A program made the translations under genes and the position numbers. DNA of 63,982 nt, filler included, from Collodictyon triciliatum (Eukaryota): the NCBI GenBank assembly GCA_043381765.1. It is 3 parts of 3 records of this genome, joined end to end, with 100 filler letters (N's around TTAATTAATTAA, not from the genome) between each part and the next. Parts side by side here need not be neighbours in the genome. Positions count along the whole stretch, not along the records: positions 55,086 to 63,982 come from JBHJMP010001027.1; 2 more parts are not named here. One strand, 5' to 3'. Positions 62,000-63,982 of the stretch are shown in pieces. Every line of letters begins with the position of its first letter. The stretch's first letter is position 1. The notes beneath the pieces are model-generated. The model was not told the origin of the DNA. It saw nothing but the letters and a program-made list of their open reading frames with translations, and ran no database searches.

Positions 62000-63925
62000 A
62001 TGGCCGGTGGAATCGGTTTGTCTTTGTCACCTTTGAATGCATTATTTATTTGTCCCTTTTTTTCTTTTTTCTTTTTTCTTTATTCTTTATTCTTTTTTCT
62101 TATTTCTCTTTGTTGGAGAAAAAGTCGCGCCTCCTCCCCCTCCCAAAAGGATGTGTGGCTTCCCAGTCTCACAGCAGTCTTTGATATTCTAGGGCGAGAG
62201 CTTCTTTGCGTGCCAAACCTGGACAGCCAACAAGTCAAACAGCCCGTGTCTATGCGTCGCAAATCACCTTTGGGTCGGAGACAGCAGCGGAACCATTTCC
62301 GTATTCGACAGCGAGGTTTGCCTTTACTCCCCAAACAATCTTCTCCTATGTAAGCGTCCAACAAACGGAGAAGGACATTTCCAAACACAGTACTGCGTCC
62401 AATATCATGCTTAGCCTCTGTCCAAAATACACGAGCTATCTTGGATGTTTTCCTTTTAGTTTAAATGCTTTACATACCCACGGGATTAAGACGGGCGTGA
62501 CTCTCAAGCGACTCGCACGCCAGGGAGAATCCATCCGGTGTCTTCTTAGCACTGGAGAGCATGTGTGGTGTGGCTGTGGCTCCGGCACTATCATCGTCCT
62601 CAATCAGACTGTGAGTTTTCTGCACTCAAGTCCAATCACACAGATGGCGTCTCTTTTCTGCTGCTGTGATCTGATCATACATACAGAAGAAACCAAATTA
62701 TCTTCCTTTAAAAGATGGGACACATCTTCCCAAAGCATGTACCCAGATTTTGGATCAACAATTCTACTGGGCTAGTTATTTACACATATAATCTTTGATA
62801 TAACTGCCTCACATGTATAATAATCATACCTTAAAAGACCTACAAGCCCGTAAAGATGATCAAAGACCATCAACAGGCTGTCGTGACCATGATGGAGCTA
62901 AATGGATTTATCTGGAGTGGTTCAGGGGATTCAACCATCAAAATCTTTAATGCACTGGTGAGAAAACCTCCAGAACCCTCCTTATAGTTTTGAATAGCTC
63001 GGCAAATATGTTCATTATTTCGTATTCAATTAAATTTCTTTTTTTATTTTGTTTCCTTTTTTTTTTTAATAAAAATAATTACATTCTCCGGTACATTCTG
63101 AATGTACCAAGTGGGAGCTTAAAAAAAGGGGCAGTTACAGTTGTTATTCCTCGAATGTATCTTATTTGATGAAATGTTTCATCTTCTTAGACCTTCGATA
63201 AAGTAATTACGCTCTCTGGGCATTCCAACTGGGTTCGGTGTTTATGTCTCTCCGGGAACGACGTATTCAGTGGTTCAGAAGATCACACCATATCTGTTTG
63301 GGACTCAAAGGTCTGTTAATTTCCACCTATCGAACAATGGGGTCAACTTTTTTCCCCTCCCCTTTCCAATATATCAAATGGTTACTCTCGCCTGGTTCAT
63401 TAGCATATTTCTGTAAAACATCTACGTGTGACAGAAGGAATTAAGTAATTATATGTTACTGAAATTTTCCCACTAAAATATTAATAATTCAAAAGGAACA
63501 CAAAAAAGCTGCCACTTTGAGTGGACATTCTGCGGGTGTTCTTACAATGTGCGTTTTCAACGATTTGCTGTGGAGTGGCTCTGCAGATGGGTCCATTCGT
63601 ATCTGGGATACAAAGGTTACTTTAGATACCACTTTTGATAGCTCAAATCTAATGTTAAGAGATAAAATAATAAAAAGATAAATAAAAAAAGTTCGCATTT
63701 GCCCATAATTTCGAACGATAAGTGCAACTGAGTACGGGGCTCCCTTTTGCTTCGTACAATACACCTTTAAATACAGATTGTTGATAAGAATGCATTATCA
63801 AGTAGAGCCGTAATTGCATTTCTGCCATCAATCCAAACCATGGACACATAACTTGCTTGGTTAGCTTTGAGGAGTTTATCATAAGTTCCTCTGCTGATGG
63901 ACTTGTGACCATTTGGAATACATCT
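62000..63925 (+). CDS. WD40-repeat protein, 5' part (runs off the window); first exons uncertain
   Basis: Repeats LWVGDSSGTISVFDSE, VWCGCGSGTIIVLN, IWSGSGDSTIKIFN, LSGHSNWVRCL..SGSEDHTISVWD, LSGHSAGV..WSGSADGSIRIWD and SSSADGLVTIWN. Confidence 0.9.
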
Positions 63926-63929
63926 GTAT

Positions 63930-63975
<46 letters not shown>

Positions 63976-63982
63976 TTTTTTT

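Noticed and set aside
1..63982. Alternative genetic code, CRISPR array, rRNA/tRNA genes or transposons
   Set aside because: All conserved genes translate with the standard code once introns are removed and use TAA, TAG and TGA as stops. No repeat-spacer array, RNA-gene signature or transposase/RT motif was seen.

Overview
Eukaryotic nuclear DNA from an AT-rich, very intron-dense organism, probably a flagellated protist because it carries CFAP57. I cannot assign the taxon. It uses the standard genetic code and mostly short GT-AG introns, so the six-frame ORF track is largely misleading; the gene models here were spliced by eye. The window is three unrelated scaffolds joined by artificial 100-nt N/TTAATTAATTAA spacers at 27503-27602 and 54986-55085. 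Scaffold 1 holds KRTCAP2, GOS1, EMC5, a compact MIT-domain protein, a tandem pair of uncharacterised disordered/coiled-coil proteins sharing an [IV]NPLTGK motif, and the 5' half of UBR4/BIG. Scaffold 2 holds a partial arginyl-tRNA synthetase, CFAP57, G6PD, a tail-anchored Kelch protein and a PH-C2-RasGAP. Scaffold 3 holds a C1orf131/Faf1-like 3' fragment, an atypical ARF GTPase, an orphan intronless ORF and a WD40 gene built from identical-length one-repeat exons. I saw no rRNA, tRNA, CRISPR array or transposon. The best novelty candidates are the NPLTGK gene pair, the exon-per-repeat propeller genes, the ARF lacking its catalytic Gln, a Cys/His module on the RasGAP, a UIM on UBR4 and three GC-AG introns.
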